In this document: positions 48,611 to 58,771 of the stretch, piece after piece
Position numbering within the stretch: position 1 is the first letter of the stretch
Layout: each line of letters opens with the position of its first letter
Source of the DNA: an uncultured Candidatus Saccharibacteria bacterium
GTDB lineage: Bacteria > Patescibacteriota > Minisyncoccia > Phycocordibacterales > UBA2100
Assembly: GCA_964434285.1 (NCBI GenBank)
Contig: CAYSUJ010000001.1
Span: forward strand, 104,703 to 168,702
Direction of reading: 5' to 3'
DNA: 64,000 nt
Notes under the pieces: generated by a model
The model's database searches: none
What the model saw: the letters and a program-made list of their open reading frames with translations, nothing else
What the model was told of the DNA's origin: nothing
Program-made: the position numbers and the translations under genes

Positions 48611-50533
48611 CTACACAAGCACACCCTTGATCCTGCGGATACCGGCTGCAACGGCTTCTTCTTTCTTAATCTTAAATACACCCCCTTTCTCGATTTCTTC
48701 AGTGTTGGTGACATGGGGGCCGCCGCAGAATTCAATTGAGAATGCATGAGAGAACTGCGGATCTGCTTCTGTCGCGCCGACAGGACCAAGTGAGTAGACA
48801 GAGACAACATCCGGATACTTCGCGCCAAATTCATGCTGCGCGTTCAGTTGTTCTGCTTCTTCTTTCGGCATCGTTGAACGAATCATCGGCAAATGCTCTT
48901 TGATGCGTTCGTTCACAATGCGCTCCACTTCTTTTTTCTGCTCGTCGGTCATCTTCTCCGGATGCGAGAAATCGATACGCAGGCGCTCGCCGGTGATATT
49001 CGACCCACGCTGCTTTACATGATCGCCGAGAACGATCTGGAGCGCTCTGAGGAGGAGGTGGTGCGTCGTGTGAAGGCGTGTTGTTGCTTCTGAAGTGTCG
49101 GCGAGTCCTCCCTTAAACTTCTGTTCGGCACCGGAGCGAGAGAGATCCGAGTGCTTCTGCATGAGCGCCTTGAAACCAGCCTCGTCGACCGAAATTCCGC
49201 GCTCAGCGGCAAGTTCCTGCGTCATCTCGAATGGAAACCCGTAGGTGGTAAACAGTGTATACGCCTGCTCGGGAGAGATGCTGTCTGAAGACATTTTTTC
49301 GAACTCTTTCATTCCCTGCGCGAGCGTCCTCGCAAATTGTTTTTCCTCCTCCCAAATGGCATCTGTCACTGTTGTATACATCGCTTCTGTGCCAAGTTCG
49401 GGATAGTGAGATGCATATTTCTCCATGTATATGATCGCGGAGCGCACGAGCATGCTGTCTTCTTTATCTTTGTCTTCAAGACCAAGCTTCATAACATGCT
49501 GAGAAGCGCGGCGGAGGAGCCGACGGAGCACATATCCCTGCTCGGTGTTTGAGGGGCGCACGCCGTCTGAGATCATGAATACCGCTGCGCGGACATGATC
49601 GGCGACTACGCGGAACGACTTTTGGTAGCGGCTGTCGGTGTAAAGTTTCCCAGAAAACTTTTCAAGGAGACCTATTGCGTCCGCAAAGACGTCAGTCATG
49701 AACACGTCGGCGTTATGGTTGGCGGCAGCAGCGATGCGCTCAAGGCCACCGCCAAAGTCGACGTTCTTCTCCGGGAGAAAACCGAAGGTGCCATCTGCCT
49801 GTTTTATGTACTGCATGAATACCGAATTGCCGATTTCCATAAAGCGGCCACAATCGCAGTTCGGATGGCAGTTATCGCCGAATTTCGGGTCGTGCTCGCT
49901 ACCAAAGTCGTAGAAGATCTCTGAATCCGGGCCGCCTGGCTCACCCTCGGGCATGTTGGCTGGCACGCCTGCCCTGCTCCACCAATTCTTTTTTGCATCG
50001 TAATAGAAAATGCGGCCACCTCGCATGCCGAAGCGCGCGCCGTCTGCTTCAGAACCCATCATGACGTCGTTTGCCTCGATTCCCTTTTCTGCGAAAAGCT
50101 TTTTCCAGATGTGGGCTGATTCGGTGTCTTTCGGCAGATTGTTTTGCTCGTCACCCGCAAAAGTCGTCACGTAGAGCCTCTGTGGATCGATCCCGATTTC
50201 GTCGACAAGAAAAGAGAAGAAGAAGGGGAGCTGTTCTTCTTTAAAGTAATCACCCAAGGACCAATTGCCGAGCATTTCGAAGAACGTGGTGTGGCGATTA
50301 TCGCCGACCTCATCGATATCTTCCGCACGAAATGATTTTTGCGAATCAGCGAGCCGCTTCCCCTCCGGATGATCTTTGCCGAGGAGATATGGCACCAATG
50401 GCTGCATACCACTCCCGGTGAAAAGCGTTGTCGGATCGTTTTGCGGTACGAGCGAAGCGGAGGGGATGATGGTATGGCCATGGTCTTTGAAATAGCCGAG
50501 GTAAGCCGAGCGGATGTCTGCGAGCGTTTTCAT
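48611..50533 (-). CDS. alaS: Alanine--tRNA ligase, short form without C-Ala domain
   Basis: HTTFFEMLGNWS, GLERI, HTTHH and EFCGGPH editing motifs; ends at GIRRIK. Confidence 0.96.
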   Translation of the reverse strand: MKTLADIRSAYLGYFKDHGHTIIPSASLVPQNDPTTLFTGSGMQPLVPYLLGKDHPEGKRLADSQKSFRAEDIDEVGDNRHTTFFEMLGNWSLGDYFKEEQLPFFFSFLVDEIGIDPQRLYVTTFAGDEQNNLPKDTESAHIWKKLFAEKGIEANDVMMGSEADGARFGMRGGRIFYYDAKKNWWSRAGVPANMPEGEPGGPDSEIFYDFGSEHDPKFGDNCHPNCDCGRFMEIGNSVFMQYIKQADGTFGFLPEKNVDFGGGLERIAAAANHNADVFMTDVFADAIGLLEKFSGKLYTDSRYQKSFRVVADHVRAAVFMISDGVRPSNTEQGYVLRRLLRRASQHVMKLGLEDKDKEDSMLVRSAIIYMEKYASHYPELGTEAMYTTVTDAIWEEEKQFARTLAQGMKEFEKMSSDSISPEQAYTLFTTYGFPFEMTQELAAERGISVDEAGFKALMQKHSDLSRSGAEQKFKGGLADTSEATTRLHTTHHLLLRALQIVLGDHVKQRGSNITGERLRIDFSHPEKMTDEQKKEVERIVNERIKEHLPMIRSTMPKEEAEQLNAQHEFGAKYPDVVSVYSLGPVGATEADPQFSHAFSIEFCGGPHVTNTEEIEKGGVFKIKKEEAVAAGIRRIKGVLV

Positions 50534-50543
50534 TGCACAGATA

Positions 50544-52613
50544 CTAGCGCTTTTCCTTCATTGTTTCCAGCAAGAACGCGTAATCAAACGCGCGCTGTTT
50601 TATCCACTCGTAGCGGCCGCTTTTCCCGAAGTGACCGCCATCGGTTTCTACTTTGAAAAGGAGTGGGTTTGTGTCAGTTTTCTTTTCGCGAAGGCGAGCG
50701 ACCCATTTCGCCGCTTCCCAGAATGGTGTGCGGATGTCGTGCATGGATGCGCGAACGAGTGTGGGAGGATACGCGACTGCGCGTACATTTTCGTAGGGCG
50801 ATTGCTTGAAAATGTAGTTAAACTGCTTTGGAACGCGCGGATCGCCGATCTCGTCGTAGTGGAGACGGGTGCCACCGAGCGATTCGTCGAGAAGCGAGGT
50901 GATGAGATCTGCTGCAGGAACGTAGACGACCGCCGTACCGAAGAGTTCTGGATTCTTATTCAACACCTGTCCCATGAGCATGCCGCCAGCGGAGCCGCCG
51001 GTAATCGCGAGACGCTCGCGCGTCGTGTACTCATCTTTCACGAGCTTTTTTGCGACGGCAATAAAGTCGTCGGAAGTGCGATGTTTTGTGAGAAGATGTG
51101 CCGCTTTGTGCCAATGCCAACCCATTTCACCTCCGCCTCGTGGATGCGCGACAGCAATAATCCACCCGCGCTCAAGGAGTGAGAGGCGCGCGACGGAGAA
51201 ATGCGGATCGTTCGTGATGCCATAAGAGCCGTAGGCCTCGAGAAGCAGAGGAGCCTTCTTTTTTACATTCTTTTTGTAGGCAAGGACGACCGGAATACGC
51301 ACGCCGTCACTTTTCACCCAGATGCGCTTCGAGGCGTACGCGGTCTTGTGAAAATACGGCACTTCCTGGCGTTTGCGCACGGTGAAGGTTTTCTTTTCGA
51401 CATCATAATCAAACGCAGTTTTGGGCGTGATAAATGAGTCGTAGGTTATACGGATAAAAGGCGATTCGTATTCAATGTCGCCCCAAAGCGCGATAGTGTG
51501 ACCGTCTTCCGGGAAAACTACTTTCTCGCGCTCTCCCTCTGGCGATGAAATATAAATCTCCTCAGAGCCATCCTCGCGGATAGTGAGCACGAGAAAATCC
51601 TTGAACGGCGCAAAGCCGACAATAGATCGCTTTAATGTGTGCGAGAGCCAGGTTTTCCAATGCTTCTTCTCGGGCTTCGCGACGGGCGTGCGCATGATTT
51701 TGAAGTTCACCGCGCGCTCATTGGTGGCGATGTAGAAATAGTCACCATGATGCTCGACGGAGTAGCGCACTTTCGGCGCGCGCTTCGCGATAAGATGTGG
51801 CACCTCAAGCGGTGCATCTGCTTTCAGGAAGCGAACTTCGCTCGTCGTGTAGTTGCCTGCGCCGATGAAAATGTATTCCTTGCTGCGGCTTTTGCCCAAG
51901 CCGACGTACCACTGTAGATTCTCTTCTTCGAAGATGAGTGTGTCTTGCTCGCAGGAACCGAGCAGGTGGCGAAAAACTTTTCGTGGTGGGTGCGGGTGTT
52001 CTTCCTGAGTGTAAAAAAGATACGCACCATCAGCCGACCACTCAACATCTCCGACTGATTCGATGCTGTCGGGCAACAGTTCTCCGGTCGCGAGATTTAT
52101 TATGAAAAGCGTGTGATCTTCGGCCCCCTTCGTGTCTATCGTGTAGGCAAGAAGCGTATGGTCGGGAGAAACCGCACTTGCCCCGAGTGAAAAATAATCA
52201 GAATCTTTTGCGAGGACGTTCTCATCAAGAATGATCTCCTCTTTTCCGCGCTCTCCACGTTTGCGACAGTGAATCGCATACTCCTTCCCTTTTTTTGTGC
52301 GACTGTAGTAAAAATATGGACCATCTTTCACAGGGACCGACATATCATTCTCCTTTACCCGAGCACGAATTTCTTTGTAGAGCTTCGCTTGGAGGCGCTT
52401 CGCGCCGGAAAGTGCCTTGTCGGCGTACTCATTTTCCGTCTTTAGATATGAGAGAACATCTGGATCTTTTGCATCCTGGAGCCACCGGTATTCATCCGTC
52501 CACTTCTTTCCATGCAGTGAAAAAACCTGCGGTTTTACCGCAGGACGAGGGGCCGAAAGTGCGCGGTTCCCTTGCATCGGAGGTACTGTACCCCTCCTCG
52601 CCAGATTTGACAA
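50544..52613 (-). CDS. ptrB: Oligopeptidase B (S9A)
   Basis: DEYRWL, YGSYG, RGGGE, GGSAGG, GGH; start uncertain. Confidence 0.88.
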   Translation of the reverse strand: MSNLARRGTVPPMQGNRALSAPRPAVKPQVFSLHGKKWTDEYRWLQDAKDPDVLSYLKTENEYADKALSGAKRLQAKLYKEIRARVKENDMSVPVKDGPYFYYSRTKKGKEYAIHCRKRGERGKEEIILDENVLAKDSDYFSLGASAVSPDHTLLAYTIDTKGAEDHTLFIINLATGELLPDSIESVGDVEWSADGAYLFYTQEEHPHPPRKVFRHLLGSCEQDTLIFEEENLQWYVGLGKSRSKEYIFIGAGNYTTSEVRFLKADAPLEVPHLIAKRAPKVRYSVEHHGDYFYIATNERAVNFKIMRTPVAKPEKKHWKTWLSHTLKRSIVGFAPFKDFLVLTIREDGSEEIYISSPEGEREKVVFPEDGHTIALWGDIEYESPFIRITYDSFITPKTAFDYDVEKKTFTVRKRQEVPYFHKTAYASKRIWVKSDGVRIPVVLAYKKNVKKKAPLLLEAYGSYGITNDPHFSVARLSLLERGWIIAVAHPRGGGEMGWHWHKAAHLLTKHRTSDDFIAVAKKLVKDEYTTRERLAITGGSAGGMLMGQVLNKNPELFGTAVVYVPAADLITSLLDESLGGTRLHYDEIGDPRVPKQFNYIFKQSPYENVRAVAYPPTLVRASMHDIRTPFWEAAKWVARLREKKTDTNPLLFKVETDGGHFGKSGRYEWIKQRAFDYAFLLETMKEKR

Positions 52614-52629
52614 AACACCGATTTATTGG

Positions 52630-52887
52630 CTATTTAAGCGCGCCTTCTTTTTTCAAGAGTGCGCGTTTTTTGGGTTCCCCACCGCGATTGTAGGAGCCGA
52701 GCGAACCATCCGAGCGCACGACGCGATGACACGGAATGTCTTGTGAATAATTTGAACGCATCACCGCGCCTACGGCACGCGCCGCTTTTGCATTCCCTGC
52801 CCTACGTGCAACTTCGGCGTAGGTCATCGTTTTCCCTGTTGGGATTTTTCTCACAACATCGCGCACCCTGTCCGCAAAGGATTTCAT
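52630..52887 (-). CDS. MGMT-family O6-alkylguanine DNA repair protein (single domain)
   Basis: ARAVG, IPCHRVV. Confidence 0.9.
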   Translation of the reverse strand: MKSFADRVRDVVRKIPTGKTMTYAEVARRAGNAKAARAVGAVMRSNYSQDIPCHRVVRSDGSLGSYNRGGEPKKRALLKKEGALK

Positions 52888-53678
52888 AAACCCAACGTCC
52901 CTTGCCCCTTCTTTGCACCCGGCATAAAGGCCTGCATTTTTTTACCGACCATTTCGCGGTAGGTGCAGTAGTCGCAATCAGCAGCAGGTTTCGGAAGCGC
53001 TTCGCTATCAAGGCACTCTTTGATCTTCAAAAGTGTAGGCTCAACCCATGAGTCACTGCCTTTGTGCGGCACGATCGTGATTTCAAATTCGAGCACGCCG
53101 TCGAAGGCTTTTTTGTCTTTTCCAGCGTTTGCATACACGAAATAGCCAGTGTCTGAAACTCTAAAACCGTTACGACGGAACAGCCACTGATACACCTCCA
53201 TCTGCCGCTTGTAGCCATCATGCCAATCTTTGTCTAAAACTTCGATCTTTTCATCTTTACTCGTTGATTTGTAGTCGACGATATACAGTTCACCCCGGGG
53301 TGTGACCCACGCATCATCGATAGCGCCGGAGACGGTAAAGCCGGTCTCGGGATGTTTGTAGTCGATGCCCTTAAAGTTCTCTCGCCACACATCCATGCGC
53401 TCGTGTTGAAATGGCACCGCATCTATCCCATATTGCTCCATCAGAGGATGTGCGGTTTTGTCGGCGCGATGGATGTCGAACTCTTTTTTGAGGAGTGCAT
53501 CGACAGCGCTATTGAGTGCAAATGGGAACCCAGGTGGGCGGGCGGTGCCGAGCTTATTATCAATGTAAAAACAGCGCGGGCATTCAGTGAAGAGATCGAT
53601 TTTTGATCGGGAAAGGCGCCAGCGGGGCCCGCCATAATTCCAGTCCGGCTTGCGATCCGGTTTGTAGTATTCGCTCAT
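52884..53678 (-). CDS. PD-(D/E)XK nuclease family protein (AddB/Cas4-like)
   Basis: CPRCF, GAIDD, VDYKS, QMEVY, C-terminal CDYC. Confidence 0.85.
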   Translation of the reverse strand: MSEYYKPDRKPDWNYGGPRWRLSRSKIDLFTECPRCFYIDNKLGTARPPGFPFALNSAVDALLKKEFDIHRADKTAHPLMEQYGIDAVPFQHERMDVWRENFKGIDYKHPETGFTVSGAIDDAWVTPRGELYIVDYKSTSKDEKIEVLDKDWHDGYKRQMEVYQWLFRRNGFRVSDTGYFVYANAGKDKKAFDGVLEFEITIVPHKGSDSWVEPTLLKIKECLDSEALPKPAADCDYCTYREMVGKKMQAFMPGAKKGQGTLGL

Positions 53679-53690
53679 CGCGAGATTATA

Positions 53691-54146
53691 TCATTCGTCC
53701 TCCACGTGTCCGTGATACCAATGTTTGAACGCGTGCTCGATATACCAGAGCCCGAAAAAGATGAGGAGCGTAAGCGCCGCTGCAAAAATCGCGAGTGAAT
53801 ACATGCCGGTTGCTACAAGGACACCGAGCGCAGCGGAGACCCAGAGACCGGCGGCGGTCGTGATGCCATGAACGGAACTTCCCTGCACAAACATGAGTCC
53901 GGCACCAATAAAACCAACACCTTGCACTATCGCGGACATGACGCGCGTCGGGTCGAAATTCACATAGCCGAGGTAGTGCCCGCCGACAGTGATACCTGCG
54001 AGTGTGAAAAGACATGAACCGAGCGACACAAGCGCAAAAGTTCGCATTCCCGCCGACTGCTTTGCGACAAGCGCACGCTCAGTACCAACAACGAGCCCAA
54101 GCAGTGCCGAAAGAAACAGTTGGCCGAACATGACGACTTCGTTCAT
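53691..54146 (-). CDS. MgtC/SapB family membrane protein
   Basis: GTER, AGMRT, GVGFIGAG, GITTAA. Confidence 0.92.
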   Translation of the reverse strand: MNEVVMFGQLFLSALLGLVVGTERALVAKQSAGMRTFALVSLGSCLFTLAGITVGGHYLGYVNFDPTRVMSAIVQGVGFIGAGLMFVQGSSVHGITTAAGLWVSAALGVLVATGMYSLAIFAAALTLLIFFGLWYIEHAFKHWYHGHVEDE

Positions 54147-54171
54147 AGCATGAGTATACGGGCTCTTTGAG

Positions 54172-55044
54172 CTAGACGCGTGAATGAATCGCACGAGGTG
54201 TGAATTGCGATGCGACAGCCTCTGGAGAACACAAATATCGCGCCTCTTCTAGAATGGCAGGAATACGAGCAGGCTTGACCCCATACTCTTCGAGCACGTG
54301 TTTGGCCTGAACACTTTTGCAAAGAACGATATTGTTCTCCAAGAGTTGGCGCTTCTCCCCTTCGTGCAGCGTGGTGAGGGCAGTGAGCGGATGCACGCGC
54401 GCTTCTTCTATCATCTCGCGCAGACCGCGTCGTGTTGGATAATCCCAGCCCAACAGTGTCAAATTGGAGCATCTCGCGTAGCGGATCGCATTTCGAGTGA
54501 ACCTCGTATTGGTGACGAGCCACCCCTCGTCGACGCGTGCCGATAACTCCGGTGCTCGGGCAAGGTCTTCAAAGCGCGCTTTCACATAGAGAGCGTCCTT
54601 AATATCCGTCTTCCCTCCCGCCTCATTGTGAAATTTAGCTTCAATGCCGATTCGGCGACCACTTTTTTCAGCAAGCACATCGACCTCATGCGGCGCACAG
54701 CGACCCGTCATGGCGACACCCGTCTGTGCCCTCCACCCGTGCGCACGCAATACTTCCGCGAGGAATTGTTCAAAAGGAAAACCCGATGGTCCCAGCGCGA
54801 AGAGAGCACGCTTAATGGAATATCGCGCAGCGACGGCTGGAGTACCCTCATCCCTTAAATATTCAAACGCATGCGCATAGATGTCTTCGGTGCGCATGCC
54901 CTCGCGAAGCTCTTTTTTTATACGCGCAGCAATGTGTTCTCGCGCAGCTGCGGAAGCACCCGCGTGTGCAAGCGATGCGTCGAGTTTGTGTGGGTCAAAC
55001 GGCTCACGCTCTCCGTCTGCTTTTGTTATAAGAACATGTGACAC
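54172..55044 (-). CDS. ATP-cone plus Mrr-like restriction endonuclease domain protein
   Basis: 'ITKADGEREPFDPHKL' ATP cone; 'GFPFE', 'HEVDV', 'IEAKFH', 'VTNTRFT'; GTG start. Confidence 0.82.
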   Translation of the reverse strand: MSHVLITKADGEREPFDPHKLDASLAHAGASAAAREHIAARIKKELREGMRTEDIYAHAFEYLRDEGTPAVAARYSIKRALFALGPSGFPFEQFLAEVLRAHGWRAQTGVAMTGRCAPHEVDVLAEKSGRRIGIEAKFHNEAGGKTDIKDALYVKARFEDLARAPELSARVDEGWLVTNTRFTRNAIRYARCSNLTLLGWDYPTRRGLREMIEEARVHPLTALTTLHEGEKRQLLENNIVLCKSVQAKHVLEEYGVKPARIPAILEEARYLCSPEAVASQFTPRAIHSRV

Positions 55045-55092
55045 AAGTGTAGTATAACGCGCTCGCGTAGCTCCACGACACAAACCTGTGAG

Positions 55093-56106
55093 TTACGCAA
55101 TGATTCCCCCGCCGACGAGCGTATCGCCATCATAGAGAACGAGTGACTGTCCACGTGGTGCGAGATGAGGTTCTTCAAATATGACATGGTTGCCTTCTAC
55201 GTGACACGGGACGGGCGTTTCTCGATAGCGTGCTTGTGCAGTAAGCGACTTTATGGATGTGTCGAGAATCCAATTCATATCGCGAAGGCTCACCTCGCGC
55301 ACGAATGCTGGCTCGATCGATGGAGCGACGGTAATGGTATTGTGCGCAGCATCGACGGCGATGACATACAATGGCGTGCGTTCGGCAGATGCGTTGGAGA
55401 CTCTGAATCCATGCCGTTTTCCGAGCGTGTAGAGGGCGGCGCCTTCGTGCTCTCCAATTTCGTCTCCCGACTGATTAAGTACGCGACCTTTCTCGAGCGG
55501 GAGGTATCGCGCAAGGAATTCATCCATCGAAACTTCACCAACAAAACAGAGTCCTTGGCTGTCGTGCTTCTGTGCGACAGGAAGCGAAAAGCGTTCTGCA
55601 AACGCACGCACTTCGGGCTTCGTGTATCCCCCGACAGGAAACAAGGTTTTCTTTAGGTCAATCTTTGTCAGCTGCCACAAAAAATAACTCTGGTCCTTGT
55701 TGGTATCCTTCCCGCGCATAAGGTGAACGCCATCAGTCTGGGCATAGTGACCCGTTGCGATCATGTTCGCCCCATTTGCGTGCGCCCACTCCTTGAACGC
55801 GCCAAACTTGATGTGGCGATTGCAGAGCACATCTGGGTTCGGCGTAACTCCACGTGCATAATTCTGGACAAGATCGTCGATCACCGCTTTTTTATACTCC
55901 TCAGATAGATCAATCTCTTTGAATGGAATTCGGAGGTGTGCGCACACACGCATCGCGTCCAACCGCTCTCGTTGCCATGGACACTCAATAAATTCCGGTC
56001 GCCAGATCTTGATGAATGCTCCAACGACACTGTGGCCGGCTTCTTTGAGCAACGCGGCTGAGACGGCAGAGTCGACGCCGCCGGAGAGACCTACATAAGT
56101 CGTCAT
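55093..56106 (-). CDS. mnmA: tRNA 2-thiouridylase MnmA
   Basis: SGGVDS, TPNPDVLCN, ATGHY, KDQSYFL. Confidence 0.96.
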   Translation of the reverse strand: MTTYVGLSGGVDSAVSAALLKEAGHSVVGAFIKIWRPEFIECPWQRERLDAMRVCAHLRIPFKEIDLSEEYKKAVIDDLVQNYARGVTPNPDVLCNRHIKFGAFKEWAHANGANMIATGHYAQTDGVHLMRGKDTNKDQSYFLWQLTKIDLKKTLFPVGGYTKPEVRAFAERFSLPVAQKHDSQGLCFVGEVSMDEFLARYLPLEKGRVLNQSGDEIGEHEGAALYTLGKRHGFRVSNASAERTPLYVIAVDAAHNTITVAPSIEPAFVREVSLRDMNWILDTSIKSLTAQARYRETPVPCHVEGNHVIFEEPHLAPRGQSLVLYDGDTLVGGGIIA

Positions 56107-56189
56107 ACGCGTTATAGTCGTTCTAATCGTTCAAACCGTCAAATCGGACACGTTGCGAATGTCTTCAGCATATACAACGATTAAGCGTT

Positions 56190-57227
56190 TTACGTCCCTA
56201 AGTACAATGCTTTCTTCCGCAGATGCTCTTCGTAGGTCTTTGAATAATGCGTCGTGTAATTCCTGTCTGCGAGGTAAAAAAGGTACCCCTCGTCGATCGG
56301 ATTTACAGCAGCCCTGAGGGCTTCGAGCGAGGGCGAGCCGATTGCTCCAGGTGGTAACCCCTTGTGCGCATACGTATTGTACGGGTCATCTTTGTTAACC
56401 AGATCAGCAGTCTTTAAATCAAACGTCGTCCGTCCAATGGAGTACAAAAAAGCTGCATCAACCTGAAGCGGCATGCCTTTATCGAGGCGACGCCATAACA
56501 CACCCGCAATGCGACGACGGTCTTCATAATCAAACGCCTCCTTTTCAAGGATTGACGCCATTATGACGATGTCAGTAAGTGATTGCTCAGACTTTTCTAT
56601 ATCGCCCGCGAGTGACGCGATAGTAGAATCAAAATTTTGCCGCAAGGCATCAAATACAACTGTTTCGTTGGCGTTTGGCAAGAAAAAATACGTGTCGGGG
56701 AAAAGGAAACCTTCGTGCGGTTGAGCAAGCGCTATGAATGCATCTGCGTCAAACCGCTCAAGTTGGACGTCGAAGATTTTTGCCATTTCTTTCGTCGTTG
56801 CACCTTCGGCGATTCTGATACGCACGGGCTCGAGACCAAACGCGCCTGTCGTGATTGCTCGCGCAACCGCGAAAAGATCTTTTGGTTCTTTGAAGATGTA
56901 GTCTCCGGCGCGCACGCCCCTGTCGGCCCCGAGAAGCGTTGTAGCAAGAGAAAAGGCGATACCATCACGCACCACGCCCTGCTCTTTTAAAAGCTCTCCT
57001 ATTTCGCGCGCAGAAGCGCCCTCAGGAACGGCGATCAACTTCCCTGTTGGAAAATAGTTCGGAGGCGCTATGTAAAACGTGTAGAGCGCAAGCGCTGATG
57101 CTCCGAGAAAACCAACGACAAACAACGACCGGCGGTTGGCGTGCTCACGCCAGTCGGTTGTCATGCGCTCCACAAAACGCACGCCGAACGCCTGTAATTT
57201 TTCGAGTGTCTTGAGAAGAGGTTGCAT
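56190..57227 (-). CDS. mltG: Endolytic transglycosylase MltG
   Basis: EGFLFPDTY, ASILEKE, LQVDA, PYNTY, GLPPG. Confidence 0.93.
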   Translation of the reverse strand: MQPLLKTLEKLQAFGVRFVERMTTDWREHANRRSLFVVGFLGASALALYTFYIAPPNYFPTGKLIAVPEGASAREIGELLKEQGVVRDGIAFSLATTLLGADRGVRAGDYIFKEPKDLFAVARAITTGAFGLEPVRIRIAEGATTKEMAKIFDVQLERFDADAFIALAQPHEGFLFPDTYFFLPNANETVVFDALRQNFDSTIASLAGDIEKSEQSLTDIVIMASILEKEAFDYEDRRRIAGVLWRRLDKGMPLQVDAAFLYSIGRTTFDLKTADLVNKDDPYNTYAHKGLPPGAIGSPSLEALRAAVNPIDEGYLFYLADRNYTTHYSKTYEEHLRKKALYLGT

Positions 57228-57230
57228 AGA

Positions 57231-58697
57231 TTAGAGCGGAAGGTTCGGCGGCGGTTCGGCTTTTGATGATGGAATGCGCTGGAGACCCGGTGTTTGCACG
57301 GTGCGCGATGGTGGGTGCCAAAGTGTTGCGAGTGTTTCCACACTCGTGGTGTTCCACCACGCCTTCCAGGGTGCGTGAAAAACTTGCCGACGACGATACG
57401 CATCGAGATACCTATGTGTCTCATGCTCTTCACGAGTGCCGCGGAAGTCTTGCCAGGGCCAGTCAAAATCGTTGTGCGCGTGTTTGGGGCGAATATACAC
57501 CTGCCAGATCGGGTTACCATACGGACGCCAGATCCAACGAATCGCACTGTATTCTCCACCACGTTTTTTACCACGCGGAGCCAAATAAATCATACGCATG
57601 CCGTAATCGAACGGCAACTTGCTCATGTGCCGCTCCATACCGCGAATAAGCTCGCTCTGTCGCCACGTCGGGCGTGGGAACCCAACCGCATCTTCATCCT
57701 CTTTATCACCCTCCAACTTCTCCAATTTAGTAGATGCACGCCTGATCTTTTCAACTTCCGCCGCTATCGTTTCTGCCCATTTATCTTTGCTGAAATGCCC
57801 CCGTATCACAATCTGAATCCATGCCTGCTCGTCTGGGTTAAGAGCGCTGAGCACTTCTAAAACTGACGAGAGCGGCTCAACCTTTAACTCCTCTTTCGGA
57901 TCCTTGTCTAATTCAAAATCGACATAGGTTTTTATTGGGTAGGCATTGATGCTATCGCTATGGTAGCTGACCTTATAGCCTTCAGGGGCGTAATCGCCGA
58001 CAAATGCCTCGTGTTCGTGATGATCGTAATGAAAACGTATCGAGTAATCTTCCACTTCTACAATCTCCACCTCTGGATACTGCGCATACATGTTGCTCTC
58101 GATCACGTTTTTCAGAATGTCTCTACTCGACCAAATATAAAAATGTATCTGGCCGCCAAACGATGCTATTTCAAAAGAAAAATAGGGCAAGACACCGCCG
58201 CCCCAATACTGATCAATGGGCGTCGTTGTACTCATGCGGATCCACAGATTCGTAAACACAAGCTCCATCGCGCGGGGTGATTTCGTGATCTCTTGCGGCA
58301 TTTTCACTTCGAGCAATACAGGACGCGTGCGAGTGAAGATGAAGTTGGATTGCACATACCATATCCACGACATCCAAAAGCCGTATGCGAGTCCGACTGG
58401 TCCCGCAATCGGGAAGACCATGACAAGCCAACCAAACAGCAATTGTGGGAATTCGGGGAGGAGCGCCGTCGCCGCAAGAGGAAGAGGAAGAAAAAGTGCG
58501 CAGAGAAAAGTTCCTCGCGAAATACCATGACTACCTGCCCATTCAACCCATTCGTGTAGGGAGAGCCATTTCTGAATAAATCCGTGTTCGCCGTGTCCAT
58601 GACCACCATGCCCACCAGAGATAAAGTCGTCTATAGCATGCGCTGTTTTATCGAACAGCGAATCAAGCAGCGATCCCTTTGGCGCTTCTTCACTCAT
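57231..58697 (-). CDS. Hypothetical membrane protein
   Basis: Two TM helices then 'LLEVKMP...SFEIAS..G.I.FY...YAQYPEVEI...ETLATLWHPP...PPPNLP'; resembles N-terminal regions of CPR VirB4/coupling-type proteins (inference). Confidence 0.6.
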   Translation of the reverse strand: MSEEAPKGSLLDSLFDKTAHAIDDFISGGHGGHGHGEHGFIQKWLSLHEWVEWAGSHGISRGTFLCALFLPLPLAATALLPEFPQLLFGWLVMVFPIAGPVGLAYGFWMSWIWYVQSNFIFTRTRPVLLEVKMPQEITKSPRAMELVFTNLWIRMSTTTPIDQYWGGGVLPYFSFEIASFGGQIHFYIWSSRDILKNVIESNMYAQYPEVEIVEVEDYSIRFHYDHHEHEAFVGDYAPEGYKVSYHSDSINAYPIKTYVDFELDKDPKEELKVEPLSSVLEVLSALNPDEQAWIQIVIRGHFSKDKWAETIAAEVEKIRRASTKLEKLEGDKEDEDAVGFPRPTWRQSELIRGMERHMSKLPFDYGMRMIYLAPRGKKRGGEYSAIRWIWRPYGNPIWQVYIRPKHAHNDFDWPWQDFRGTREEHETHRYLDAYRRRQVFHAPWKAWWNTTSVETLATLWHPPSRTVQTPGLQRIPSSKAEPPPNLPL

Positions 58698-58724
58698 TCA
58701 TGCCATTGTAACACTACAAAAACA

Positions 58725-58756
58725 AGAGAGGCCGCCCTTTGGGCGGCCTCTGCTTT
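58725..58756 (-). terminator. Terminator-like hairpin
   Basis: AGAGGCCGCCC-ttt-GGGCGGCCTCT, with a U-rich run downstream on the minus strand. Confidence 0.65.
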
Positions 58757-58771
58757 AAGATGTATTATCAC

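Noticed and set aside
48611-50533. alaS as a truncated pseudogene
   Set aside because: Catalytic and editing motifs are intact and the ORF ends cleanly; short AlaS lacking C-Ala is a known form in reduced genomes.
52884-53678. CRISPR-Cas locus (Cas4-like)
   Set aside because: No repeat-spacer array or other cas genes seen in the window.
56125-56183. Possible inverted-repeat element upstream of mnmA
   Set aside because: Only an 8-bp match (TAATCGTT/AACGATTA), with no CCCC/GGGG ends or target duplication.
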